Origin: Candidatus Pacearchaeota archaeon
Lineage (GTDB): Archaea > Nanobdellota > Nanobdellia > Pacearchaeales > GW2011-AR1
Reading direction: 5' to 3'
Assembly: GCA_017609205.1 (NCBI GenBank)
Contig: JAFCEL010000001.1
Coordinates: 439,224-503,223, forward strand
Length of the DNA: 64,000 nucleotides
The notes under the pieces are model-generated. The model saw nothing but the letters and a program-made list of their open reading frames with translations, was not told the origin of the DNA and did not search any database. The translations under genes were made by a program, and so were the position numbers. Position 1 is the stretch's first letter; every line of letters begins with the position of its first letter. Below, one piece after another: positions 38,972 to 47,376 of this stretch.

Positions 38972-39625
38972 TTATCTACTCTTTTCAACACCGATCTTTT
39001 TACAGTATTTTTCAATAGGGCATTTAGAGCACCAAGGAGAAATTGGCTGGCAGATGCTTTTTCCGAAGAGAACAAAGATACCGTTGAACTCATTCCAGTA
39101 TTCTTTTGGTAGAATCTTTTCAAGTTCTTTTTCAGTTTGCTTTGGTGTTTTTGTTTTAATCCATCCAAGCCTATTTGGAATCCTATGGCAATGGGTGTCG
39201 ATTGGTAGGACTGATTTCCCAAATGCAAATGCAAGAACTATGTTTGCTGTTTTAGGTCCTACTCCTTTTATTGAAAGTAAGTCCTTTTTGTTATTAGGAA
39301 CTTTTGAGTTGAATCTTTTGATTAATTCATTAGAAACGTGTTTGAGTGTTTTTGCCTTTTTTTTATAATGCCCTGAAGAGAAAATTATTTTTTCTAGTTT
39401 TGCCTTTGGCAATTTAACGATTTTTTCAGGAGTGTCTGCAATTGCGAAGAGTTTCTTAGAGATTTTCTCAGTCTGTTCATCTTTTGCACGAAGAGAAAGA
39501 AGACACGAAATCAGGATTTTAAATGCTTCTGGTTTTTTTCGCATTCTGTTGAGTGTTGTTCTTTTTCTATAATCAAATTGTTTTTCGAGGATATGCATTA
39601 TTTTAGAAATATTTTTTCTGTTCAT
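38972..39625 (-). CDS. nth: endonuclease III (HhH-GPD, Fe-S)
   Basis: HhH region and C-terminal C-x6-C-x2-C-x5-C cluster. Confidence 0.85.
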   Translation of the reverse strand: MNRKNISKIMHILEKQFDYRKRTTLNRMRKKPEAFKILISCLLSLRAKDEQTEKISKKLFAIADTPEKIVKLPKAKLEKIIFSSGHYKKKAKTLKHVSNELIKRFNSKVPNNKKDLLSIKGVGPKTANIVLAFAFGKSVLPIDTHCHRIPNRLGWIKTKTPKQTEKELEKILPKEYWNEFNGIFVLFGKSICQPISPWCSKCPIEKYCKKIGVEKSR

Positions 39626-39656
39626 TTTGATTTTAAAATTGTTTTTTTCGTGCTTA

Positions 39657-39914
39657 CGCCCCGACCGAGATTCGAACTCGGGTCACCGCCTGTCTCTAAC
39701 TGAAAAGAGTGGTTGCGTTGAGACGCTTAGACTTCCTCTCTCATCGAGATTTCATCACCTCTCTTTTTTTTCTTGAGAGTTATATGAAAAGAAGATTTTC
39801 AATTCATCTCAAGACTTATTTGCATTGAATAGGAATTCTTTTGAATGTCCTATTCAAGATTATCTTGTTGCGATTTTGAGAGGGCGGCATTCTTGGCCTC
39901 TGAACTATCGGGGC
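39657..39914 (-). tRNA. tRNA-Glu (anticodon CTC) with ~185-nt intron (39692..39876) at the canonical 37/38 position
   Basis: The 5' exon gccccgatagttcagaggccaagaatgccgccctctca and the 3' exon aggcggtgacccgagttcgaatctcggtcggggcg are near-identical to the intact tRNA-Glu(TTC) at 63462. The anticodon stem pairs ccgcc/ggcgg. Confidence 0.65.
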
Positions 39915-40020
39915 TGAATATGAGGTGATCTATTATTATTTGAATCTGAAGTAGATGAGATTCTTTAAGTGAACCATCTACTAAAGAAATCTACTCAAAA
40001 TTATTTATAAATTTAACTTA

Positions 40021-40281
40021 TCAAATCAAGAAAACTTTGTCATTGGGTCTAACTTTCTCAGGAACTTTTATTCCTATGTGGTCTCCTGCCTTTGCTTTTT
40101 TGACAGGTTTTCTTTCTATTTGTATTTCATTGACATCAACTTCAAAGTCAGTTGTATGTCCTTTTATTCTCACCCTATCACCTACACTAAGTTCGTCTGA
40201 AAGCTTTATTGCAGCCACACCCACATGACTAAAGTAGCTGGAAACAACTCCAATCTGTTTCCCGGGTATTTTTTCTTCCAT
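40021..40281 (-). CDS. EF-Tu domain-2-like beta-barrel small protein
   Basis: 86-aa ORF read as an EF-Tu domain-2-like fold. It is embedded between tRNA genes. Confidence 0.45.
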   Translation of the reverse strand: MEEKIPGKQIGVVSSYFSHVGVAAIKLSDELSVGDRVRIKGHTTDFEVDVNEIQIERKPVKKAKAGDHIGIKVPEKVRPNDKVFLI

Positions 40282-40320
40282 TGAATTTAGTATGTTTTTA
40301 ATGTATTTAAATTTTTTTAA

Positions 40321-40393
40321 TAGCCTCGCCAGGATTCGAACCTGGGTCGCCGGAGCCAGAATCCGACATACTTGACCGCTGTACTACGAGGCT
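40321..40393 (-). tRNA. tRNA-Gln (anticodon CTG)
   Basis: Hand-folded: acceptor agcctcg/cgaggct with A1-U72 and discriminator A (archaeal Gln-like), anticodon loop ttCTGgc, T-loop ttcgaat. Confidence 0.8.
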
Positions 40394-40443
40394 TTTTTTC
40401 AATTAATAGAAATCTTTTTATATATCTTTTTATTGAACTAATC

Positions 40444-40791
40444 ATGGCAATAGGGGTGACAATACTTATTATTACATCACTTATAGCAGCGATATGGATA
40501 ATTATTGAAATAAAGAGGTTAAAGCATAAACTCTTTGCGATTTTTTTAATCTTCTTAGTTTTATTCGGTTATTTTAGTTTTGCGTTTGTTCTAAAAAATC
40601 AGGATTTGGATTTGAAAACTGTTCCCGGATTAATTAAAGCGGGTGAAATCTATTTTTCATGGCTTGGTTCTGTTTTGGGCAATATGAAATCTCTTACAAG
40701 TTATGCTATCAAACAGGATTGGGGTATTAATGAGAGTGAAGTTTCTAGAATACATGAAGAAGAGATTAATGAATCAAAATTCTTAAAATGA
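40444..40791 (+). CDS. small multi-TM membrane protein (paralog A). Start trimmed to avoid the tRNA.
   Basis: Hydrophobic N-terminus. The C-terminal motif GEIYFSWLGSVLGNMKSLTSYAIKQDW is shared with the next ORF. Confidence 0.45.
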   Translation: MAIGVTILIITSLIAAIWIIIEIKRLKHKLFAIFLIFLVLFGYFSFAFVLKNQDLDLKTVPGLIKAGEIYFSWLGSVLGNMKSLTSYAIKQDWGINESEVSRIHEEEINESKFLK

Positions 40792-40979
40792 AATTTATTC
40801 TTTGTTTGATGATGTTTCTTATTGCTGGAGCTTTGTTTATAATAAGCAATAATTCTCTTTATGTTTTTCAGGATAAAGGTGCAGATATCTTTTGTGAAAA
40901 ATATTTTTATTGGCTTGGGAATCTTTTTTCAAATTTGAAAACCATAACAGGACAGGTTGTTAATATGAAATGGTTTTAG
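40788..40979 (+). CDS. small membrane protein (paralog B)
   Basis: EKYFYWLGNLFSNLKTITGQVVNMKW is homologous to the paralog A tail. ATGA overlap. Confidence 0.4.
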   Translation: MKFILCLMMFLIAGALFIISNNSLYVFQDKGADIFCEKYFYWLGNLFSNLKTITGQVVNMKWF

Positions 40980-41012
40980 ATAATTTTAAAAACTAGGAAC
41001 TTCTTTAAGTAT

Positions 41013-41276
41013 ATGAGTGTAAAAAGAAAGAGGAGAGTGAAAAAGAAAGTTAATACACCAAGTAGCAGTCTCTTTAAAAGGAAGAATATTTTAATGAACA
41101 AATTCTTTTTCTTTTTGATACTCTTTTCAATTTCGATTGTTCTTTATTATTCTACTGATATTGAGTTTTATAATAACCTTTTTTATATGGCTTCTTTGGT
41201 TTTTGGTTCTTTAAGTTTGGCTATTCTAATTGTCTTTTTGACTCTATTTTTTCTGAAATTAATGAAAGAGAAATAA
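41013..41276 (+). CDS. small membrane protein (87 aa) with basic N-terminus
   Basis: Two hydrophobic segments. Confidence 0.4.
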   Translation: MSVKRKRRVKKKVNTPSSSLFKRKNILMNKFFFFLILFSISIVLYYSTDIEFYNNLFYMASLVFGSLSLAILIVFLTLFFLKLMKEK

Positions 41277-41306
41277 TTTTAAGGGGTTTTTTATTTATTT
41301 TCTAAT

Positions 41307-41412
41307 GCCTCAGTAGCTCAGTGGTAGAGTATCACCTTGGTAAATCTTGATGTCTTAGATTGTTCAAGATTCAAAAAGGTGGGGGTCCCGAGTTCAAATC
41401 TCGGCTGAGGCT
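41307..41412 (+). tRNA. tRNA-Thr (anticodon GGT) with 34-nt intron (41343..41376)
   Basis: Acceptor gcctcag/ctgaggc and anticodon stem tcacc/ggtgg. The intron after position 37 contains an inverted repeat (aatcttga...tcaagatt). T-loop ttcaaat. Confidence 0.75.
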
Positions 41413-41433
41413 TTTAAGAAATTTAAGAAAATT

Positions 41434-43077
41434 TTAGTTCAGTTTATCAAAGATTTTTTCTATTGCAATCTCAAGCAATGCTACAGGAGTTCTTATCTTC
41501 CAATTTTTAAGAATTTTTGGGTGAACTTCTCCAAAGGAACCTATTGATTGGTCGTCGAGATATATTTCTGCTACTCTTCCTTCGATAAAATAACTCGGGA
41601 ATTTATAGGGTTCTTTTATTTCAATATCTATACCCAACATCTTAAAGAGATAGTCTACAATTTGTTTTAAATCTGTAAAATTCCCAGGAGTGATTGCTAT
41701 TGAGAGATTTTCTTTTTCAGTTATGTCATCTTCATTTAAACCAAATACTGTGCCTATTTCAAAAATTCTCTGAGGATATTCTGAATCTTTATTCTCTGAG
41801 AAGATTCTCAGTAGAATGTGTGCAAGATTTTTTCTTAGAATAGAATATTCTGTTTTTGATTCTTCTACTTCTATTAAATCCTTTTCTTGTTTTCCATTTA
41901 GGCCCATTTTCATCATACTCTCTTTTGTGGTTAAATGATAACTCGATGTTTCAATCATTCCAAGCCCAGTAAGAATTTCTGAAATCTTTCTTTTAATTAT
42001 TTCTTCTTTTGATTCTTCTCCTATTGTTGCTACATTTGGGATTTCAGGGTCGAAATTCTCATACCCATATGCGATAGCGAGGTCCTCTATTAAATCAATT
42101 TCATGAAGAATATCTGTTCTCCAGGGAGGGATTTCGACTATTTCCTTCTTGTAATTATAACCCATTTTCTCGAGAAGTTTCCCTGCTTGTCTCGAAGTCA
42201 GTTCAATTCCAAGAATCTTTTTTGCATTTTCCAGAGAGAGCTTCATTTTTTCAGAGGTCATATCTGGCGTTCGCTCTTTTTTAGAATATTTTATATCCAT
42301 CTGATAGATTTTTCCTCCCATATCTGCAAGAGTTGTTACGATAATATTTATGCATTTTTTTAATAGATTAAAATCAAATCCTGAACATTCAATAAAAACA
42401 TCTTTGGTTTTTTCATTTATCTTTCCTGTTAACTGTGAGTTTATTATTGGGGGCATACTCATTATTTGTTTTTTGTCGTCGATAAAGATGGGAAATTTTG
42501 TTTTTCCTGCTAGAAGATGGGCGTATTTTCTTCCAGTTGGATGTCTCTGGAGAATTTGAAATCCAGACATTTCTTTTTCAGATTCGAGAGGAACGAATTT
42601 TATTTTATCAGGCTCCATTGCTTTGTAGGTGATTGGAAGTTTTATTTTTTCAAGAGGGTAGATTCCTATTCCGAATTTTTTTCTTTTTCTTCCGAGAGTA
42701 AGATGAAGTTTTTCTTGTATATCAATTATTTCTTTTATTTTCTCATCATCAAATTTTAATTTTCTGACAATTGCGCATGCAGTATAGGGACGGATATTTT
42801 TTACAGAAGAATCAATTATTATTTTGTAATCTTTTTCAGGAGGATTAATTTTGTATTTTTTCATACCTGTTTTTTTCCCTATAAACGATAGGAAGCTTCT
42901 TTTAAACCCTTGGTAAGAAAGAAGGTCGGGACGATTTGGAAAAATCTCAAGTTCAATTTCTCTATCGTTGAACTCTTCTAAGGTAGTTCCGAACATTGCG
43001 ATTTTATTCTGCATTCTCTCGTCGAGTTTTCCGATTTCTTTTTCAAAAAGTTTTCGTGGAATTTTTATGTTTGCCAT
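41434..43077 (-). CDS. pheT: phenylalanyl-tRNA synthetase beta subunit (archaeal type)
   Basis: 547 aa with B3/B4 and B5-like regions, sitting next to pheS. Confidence 0.85.
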   Translation of the reverse strand: MANIKIPRKLFEKEIGKLDERMQNKIAMFGTTLEEFNDREIELEIFPNRPDLLSYQGFKRSFLSFIGKKTGMKKYKINPPEKDYKIIIDSSVKNIRPYTACAIVRKLKFDDEKIKEIIDIQEKLHLTLGRKRKKFGIGIYPLEKIKLPITYKAMEPDKIKFVPLESEKEMSGFQILQRHPTGRKYAHLLAGKTKFPIFIDDKKQIMSMPPIINSQLTGKINEKTKDVFIECSGFDFNLLKKCINIIVTTLADMGGKIYQMDIKYSKKERTPDMTSEKMKLSLENAKKILGIELTSRQAGKLLEKMGYNYKKEIVEIPPWRTDILHEIDLIEDLAIAYGYENFDPEIPNVATIGEESKEEIIKRKISEILTGLGMIETSSYHLTTKESMMKMGLNGKQEKDLIEVEESKTEYSILRKNLAHILLRIFSENKDSEYPQRIFEIGTVFGLNEDDITEKENLSIAITPGNFTDLKQIVDYLFKMLGIDIEIKEPYKFPSYFIEGRVAEIYLDDQSIGSFGEVHPKILKNWKIRTPVALLEIAIEKIFDKLN

Positions 43078-43100
43078 TAAGACTCCTGTGGTTTGTTTTT

Positions 43101-44612
43101 TTATTTTATTAAAAATTTAATTTTTCTTAATTGAGTGAGGTCATTTTTATATAAATCTCTGATATCTTTTATATCAAATAATTTCATTAGCATTCTTCCA
43201 AATCCAGGTCCCCATGCAAGAACTGGTATTGATTTTCCTAGTAAGGGTTCTGTAACTTCTGGACGAAACATTCCTGCTGCAAGATATTCTACCCATTCTT
43301 TTCTTTCTTCATCCCAGACATCACCTTCGACACTTGGTTCTGTATAGGGAAAATAAGCAGGCCGGAATCTTATTTTTTCAAAGCCCATTTTCTTTGCAAA
43401 TTGTTTTAGATAACCTAACAAATTTCTGAAATTAGCGTTTTCATCGACAACAATCCCGTCAGTTTGAAGAAGTTCGAATCCGTGGTTCCAATCAACTGTT
43501 TCATTCCTGAAATTTATTCCTATTGAGAAGAACTTTGCAGGTAAGTCTTTGTCTTTTAATTTAGCGAGTGTTTGTGCAGATAGGCATGTAGTATGAGTTC
43601 TTAGGACGAGTTTTCTTGCTTCATCTTCGTTCCACTTGTATCCCCATCCCTTACTTCCTCTTGTTCCTTGTTCATGCGCCTTTTTTACAGAATCAACTAT
43701 TTTCTTATCAGGAAGTTTTCCTTTTTTGTTAATAAAGAACGTATCGTGAATTTCTCTGACAGGGTGGTCTTGTGCTGTAAATAAAGCATCAAAATTCCAG
43801 AAAGAATTTTGAACAAGGGTTCCTGTCATTTCTTTAAAACCCATCTCAAGCCAGACTTTCCTTCCATAATCAATTGCTTGATTAACAAAATGCCTTTTAC
43901 CGCCATAGATTGCAGGAACTTGTGAAGTTATATCATATCTACGGAATTTTTTACCTCTCCATAATTTTTCATCTTTAAGAATCTCGGGTGTAATTTGCTC
44001 AAGTAGATTCATGTTTTTTAATTTTGATTCTACTATTTTTCTGCCTATTTCTGTTAATTTTATCTCAGTAGTTTTTTTAGGTTTTATTTCTACGATGTTT
44101 TTTCTTTTTTGAAGATTTTTTAGTGCATACATCTGCTCAGATGTTAGTTCTTCATATTTTATGGGAAGAATCTCAAGTAGGATTTCTTCTAGCATCTTTT
44201 TTGAAATTTCTTCCTTGCTTGCGTTTAAAATAAGGTTTCCTCTTTTGAGTTCTACCATTGCTTTGTGTTTCAGAACTCCTATTGAAACCTTAAATTCATC
44301 GTTTGATAATCCACTTTCTTTTTTGGCCTTATCTAAGGAGACTATTCTTTTCTCGTTTAGAAGATTAAGAAGTCTCCTTTCTGGTAAACCCTTTTTCTTG
44401 TAGAGTGCTCCATTAACCCCGACATTTACTATATTTTCTTTTTTTGAAATAAGTTCTATTATCTTTTTGTTTTTTAAATATTCAAGTGAGCGTTTGACAG
44501 ATGTTTTATCGAGGTTTGTTTTTTTACATATATTATTGACATCTTCTTCTAAATAGGGAATTATCTTTCTTTCATTAGGACTTAGAGATTCTATAATTCT
44601 TTTTATATCCAT
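43101..44612 (-). CDS. pheS: phenylalanyl-tRNA synthetase alpha subunit
   Basis: Class II motifs FRPAYFPYTEPSVE and GPGFGRMLM. Confidence 0.9.
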   Translation of the reverse strand: MDIKRIIESLSPNERKIIPYLEEDVNNICKKTNLDKTSVKRSLEYLKNKKIIELISKKENIVNVGVNGALYKKKGLPERRLLNLLNEKRIVSLDKAKKESGLSNDEFKVSIGVLKHKAMVELKRGNLILNASKEEISKKMLEEILLEILPIKYEELTSEQMYALKNLQKRKNIVEIKPKKTTEIKLTEIGRKIVESKLKNMNLLEQITPEILKDEKLWRGKKFRRYDITSQVPAIYGGKRHFVNQAIDYGRKVWLEMGFKEMTGTLVQNSFWNFDALFTAQDHPVREIHDTFFINKKGKLPDKKIVDSVKKAHEQGTRGSKGWGYKWNEDEARKLVLRTHTTCLSAQTLAKLKDKDLPAKFFSIGINFRNETVDWNHGFELLQTDGIVVDENANFRNLLGYLKQFAKKMGFEKIRFRPAYFPYTEPSVEGDVWDEERKEWVEYLAAGMFRPEVTEPLLGKSIPVLAWGPGFGRMLMKLFDIKDIRDLYKNDLTQLRKIKFLIK

Positions 44613-44633
44613 TTTAATTTTAAGAGACTTTAG

Positions 44634-45089
44634 TTAAAAAAGGTTTATGTTTTTTGTCATCCATGTAGGCATTCCGAGAATTAGACCGAGAGATTTTAAG
44701 TCATAGATATTTCTTTTGTTTTCTCCTACAAAACTCATTTTTAGTTTGTTTTTATTACATATTTTTATGTTTTGTCTAATTCTTGCTAAGATTTCTGCTT
44801 TGGTTTTTCCCTGAGAGTTAATTATTTCATCGAGATTTATACCAATTCCAATGTTTCTCTTTTTTGCAATTTTTGCGAGGACAGAGTTAAATCCTGAATT
44901 TCTTTGCTTCTGAAAGTCTTTTCTTTTTTCCTGGTTTATAACAAGAATGTCTATGTTTAATTTTTCTAGAACTTTTCTGTTAACTTCATCATTATCTCCT
45001 GAGAAGATTATTTTCTTGTCTTTGTTATCATTTACTTTTTTTCGGATTCTCTCAAAATTCTTTTCGTTAATAAATAATATATCTTTCAT
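44634..45089 (-). CDS. rnp3: RNase P protein component 3 (Rpp30-like), N-terminally short
   Basis: The C-terminal pattern ...DLKSLGLILGM resembles Rpp30 PHP-fold ends. Confidence 0.45.
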   Translation of the reverse strand: MKDILFINEKNFERIRKKVNDNKDKKIIFSGDNDEVNRKVLEKLNIDILVINQEKRKDFQKQRNSGFNSVLAKIAKKRNIGIGINLDEIINSQGKTKAEILARIRQNIKICNKNKLKMSFVGENKRNIYDLKSLGLILGMPTWMTKNINLF

Positions 45090-45788
45090 CTATCCAGAAA
45101 TGGTTGTTCCCTTAAATTTTTTTCCTTTTAGTAGATTATCAAAATTATTTATGTTTTTTCCAAGAATATATGTGGTTATTTTATTATTCATTATTATTTT
45201 TGATGCAGTATGATCAAGAATAAAATGCATTCCTGGTTTGAATTTTATTTTATTAATGATTTTATTGAATTCCTTCCAGGTTATATGGGGGATTAATTTT
45301 GCATTTTTATATCGGAGGGGATTCTTATTGAAAAGTCCGTCGACATTTGTTAGGTTGATGAGGTCTGTTTTGAATTCTTTTGCAATTTCTGCAGCAGTTG
45401 AATCTGAGGTCTGATGGGCTTTATATTCTAATGCTCCACAAAAGACAATATCCTGTTTTTTGAGATAAGTTTTTATTTCCTTTTTTTTATGGGGAATTCC
45501 TTCTTCTGGGTTCATGCTAAAAAGATAGGACATAAATCTCGCGTTTGTTCGTGTTGCAGCAATTCCTGCTAAACTTTGTAGCTTGTGTTTTGCATTTAAA
45601 GAACTAAGCGCTGAGATATACTTTCTTGCAAGACTTCCCCCGCCACATACTATTACAAATTTATAATTTTTCGTGTTTTTTATTACTACTCTTTTAAATT
45701 TTGATAAAAAATCAATTTGCACTTCATTAGGAATTATTAGACTTCCTCCAAGAGAGACAACTACCACCTTCTTTTTCATATATTTCAA
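45090..45788 (-). CDS. pyrH: uridylate (UMP) kinase
   Basis: VVVSLGGSLI and VIVCGGGSLAR amino-acid-kinase motifs. Confidence 0.85.
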   Translation of the reverse strand: MKYMKKKVVVVSLGGSLIIPNEVQIDFLSKFKRVVIKNTKNYKFVIVCGGGSLARKYISALSSLNAKHKLQSLAGIAATRTNARFMSYLFSMNPEEGIPHKKKEIKTYLKKQDIVFCGALEYKAHQTSDSTAAEIAKEFKTDLINLTNVDGLFNKNPLRYKNAKLIPHITWKEFNKIINKIKFKPGMHFILDHTASKIIMNNKITTYILGKNINNFDNLLKGKKFKGTTISG

Positions 45789-45843
45789 AGAGGATTTGGT
45801 TTTTATATTTTGCCTGAGAAGTTATTGATTGAATAAATCAGAA

Positions 45844-46125
45844 TTATTTGATTGTGAATAATTTATTATCTTTTACATTGAAAATATCAAGGCGAACGCC
45901 AGCATCTAACCATCCATGGGCATAGTTAAGTGCCGCAAAAGCATTTACAAAATCCTTTTTATCTTTGAAGTATTTTGCATCTGATAAATAATTCTCAACC
46001 ATGTTAAAAATCTCTTTAGCATATTTTGATTTCTTTTTAATAACCGACTTCTTTGAAATATTAAGGGCTTTTTCTGTTATTGAAAAGTATTTTCTTAGTT
46101 TCTCAGAAGTTATCTTGTTATGCAT
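45844..46125 (-). CDS. small conserved archaeal protein (DUF357-like)
   Basis: Weak resemblance only. Confidence 0.3.
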   Translation of the reverse strand: MHNKITSEKLRKYFSITEKALNISKKSVIKKKSKYAKEIFNMVENYLSDAKYFKDKKDFVNAFAALNYAHGWLDAGVRLDIFNVKDNKLFTIK

Positions 46126-46762
46126 TTTTAGACATTCTCGAGGGATTTCTTAATGGAGGATATCTCATTTTTTCTATTATAAATTTTGTGGGAATTACAC
46201 TTGATATTATTGCTGAGAGAATAATCCTTCCTATTGCGACGCGGTAGATCCCTTCATGAATTGGAATCTTTGATTTATTTGAGAATTCTTCTAATATTTC
46301 TTTTATTTCGTCTTCTCTTAATCTTATACTTGTTGGCTTAGTTCCCATAGCTCCCTTAACAATTATTCTCTCGTCTGGTCCTGGGCATTCTATAACCCTT
46401 ACTGCATTATCTCTCATTAAAATATTAAGTTTTTTCAAATCAATTGAGGCTTCTGATGGGGTAGGTCTTATATATCTTAATCTTTCTGGGAGTTGAGGTT
46501 CTGGAATGTTTAAATCACCTTTTTGTATTGGTTTTTTCTTAAAAATTTGCTGAGGGATTATTCCTCTTGAAATAGGTCTTGTAAATTTTTTTCTTAAAAT
46601 TACTTTGTTTTGGAGGGGAATATTTTGTTTAGGGATTATTTGACTTTGAGTTTCTTGATGTTTGATAGGATAATTCATTTTTTTTAAGTAATTCATTAAG
46701 ATAGCTTCTGTAAATTTTAATAAGAAATATCTTTTAAACTCAGAAGATGCTTTTTGAAGCAT
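46118..46762 (-). CDS. hypothetical protein (214 aa)
   Basis: ORF only. Confidence 0.4.
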   Translation of the reverse strand: MLQKASSEFKRYFLLKFTEAILMNYLKKMNYPIKHQETQSQIIPKQNIPLQNKVILRKKFTRPISRGIIPQQIFKKKPIQKGDLNIPEPQLPERLRYIRPTPSEASIDLKKLNILMRDNAVRVIECPGPDERIIVKGAMGTKPTSIRLREDEIKEILEEFSNKSKIPIHEGIYRVAIGRIILSAIISSVIPTKFIIEKMRYPPLRNPSRMSKNA

Positions 46763-46770
46763 TTTTCTTC

Positions 46771-47346
46771 TTAAACAGGCTTAAAATTTTGGGGTTTTGA
46801 TGAGATAGATTTTTGATATTGTAAGTCTTCTCTTTGGGGGGGTTGGTTTGGGAAAGGGGGTCTTTGGGTTTCATATTGTTGTCTTGGTTGGGCCTGTTGT
46901 TGTCTAGGAGGTTCATGAAGTAATGAGATTCCTCTTGCGATTGTTCTGTTCTGTTCAAGGATATTATCAACTTTCTCTAGTAATCTTTTATCTGCAATCC
47001 CTCCTTGTGGTATGCCTCCTTTTTCTGCTAATGTTTTAGCAGATACTTCAAATAAGTTTAGTAATTCTGATATCTGATTTGACAAGACATCTAATTTTAG
47101 AACCATGTTCGTCATTACTTTTTGCAAACCCACGAAATTCTCAACAAGAGTTTTCTCTATATTAAGTGATTTATTGGTTGTATTAGAGGATTTCTTAGGC
47201 AAGTTTTTTATTTCTGTTTTTTTATTTCCTGTTTGATTATTTGGTGTTTTATTTTTAAGGAGAGGATTTTCTTTTAGAGATTTTACAGTTTTCTTTTTTT
47301 GGGTTGTCTCTGCAATTCCCTCTTTTTTTATGACTCGTTTAGGCAT
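46771..47346 (-). CDS. hypothetical protein with P/Q-rich C-terminus
   Basis: ORF only. Confidence 0.35.
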   Translation of the reverse strand: MPKRVIKKEGIAETTQKKKTVKSLKENPLLKNKTPNNQTGNKKTEIKNLPKKSSNTTNKSLNIEKTLVENFVGLQKVMTNMVLKLDVLSNQISELLNLFEVSAKTLAEKGGIPQGGIADKRLLEKVDNILEQNRTIARGISLLHEPPRQQQAQPRQQYETQRPPFPNQPPQREDLQYQKSISSKPQNFKPV

Positions 47347-47376
47347 AACTTATGAATGTTTGGATATTTATAAATT

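Noticed and set aside
38835-39368. Long plus-strand ORF (177 aa) and the 136-aa minus-strand ORF 38824..39234
   Set aside because: Both are produced by the polypyrimidine/polypurine tract and overlap the well-supported nth gene. Only the terminal 25 to 38 codons (eL41) are credible.
39692-39876. Possible box C/D sRNA inside the tRNA-Glu intron (GUGAUGA and cGAUGAg motifs)
   Set aside because: No CUGA D or D' boxes are present, and the C-like motifs are only 5 nt apart. This is not a convincing C/D architecture.
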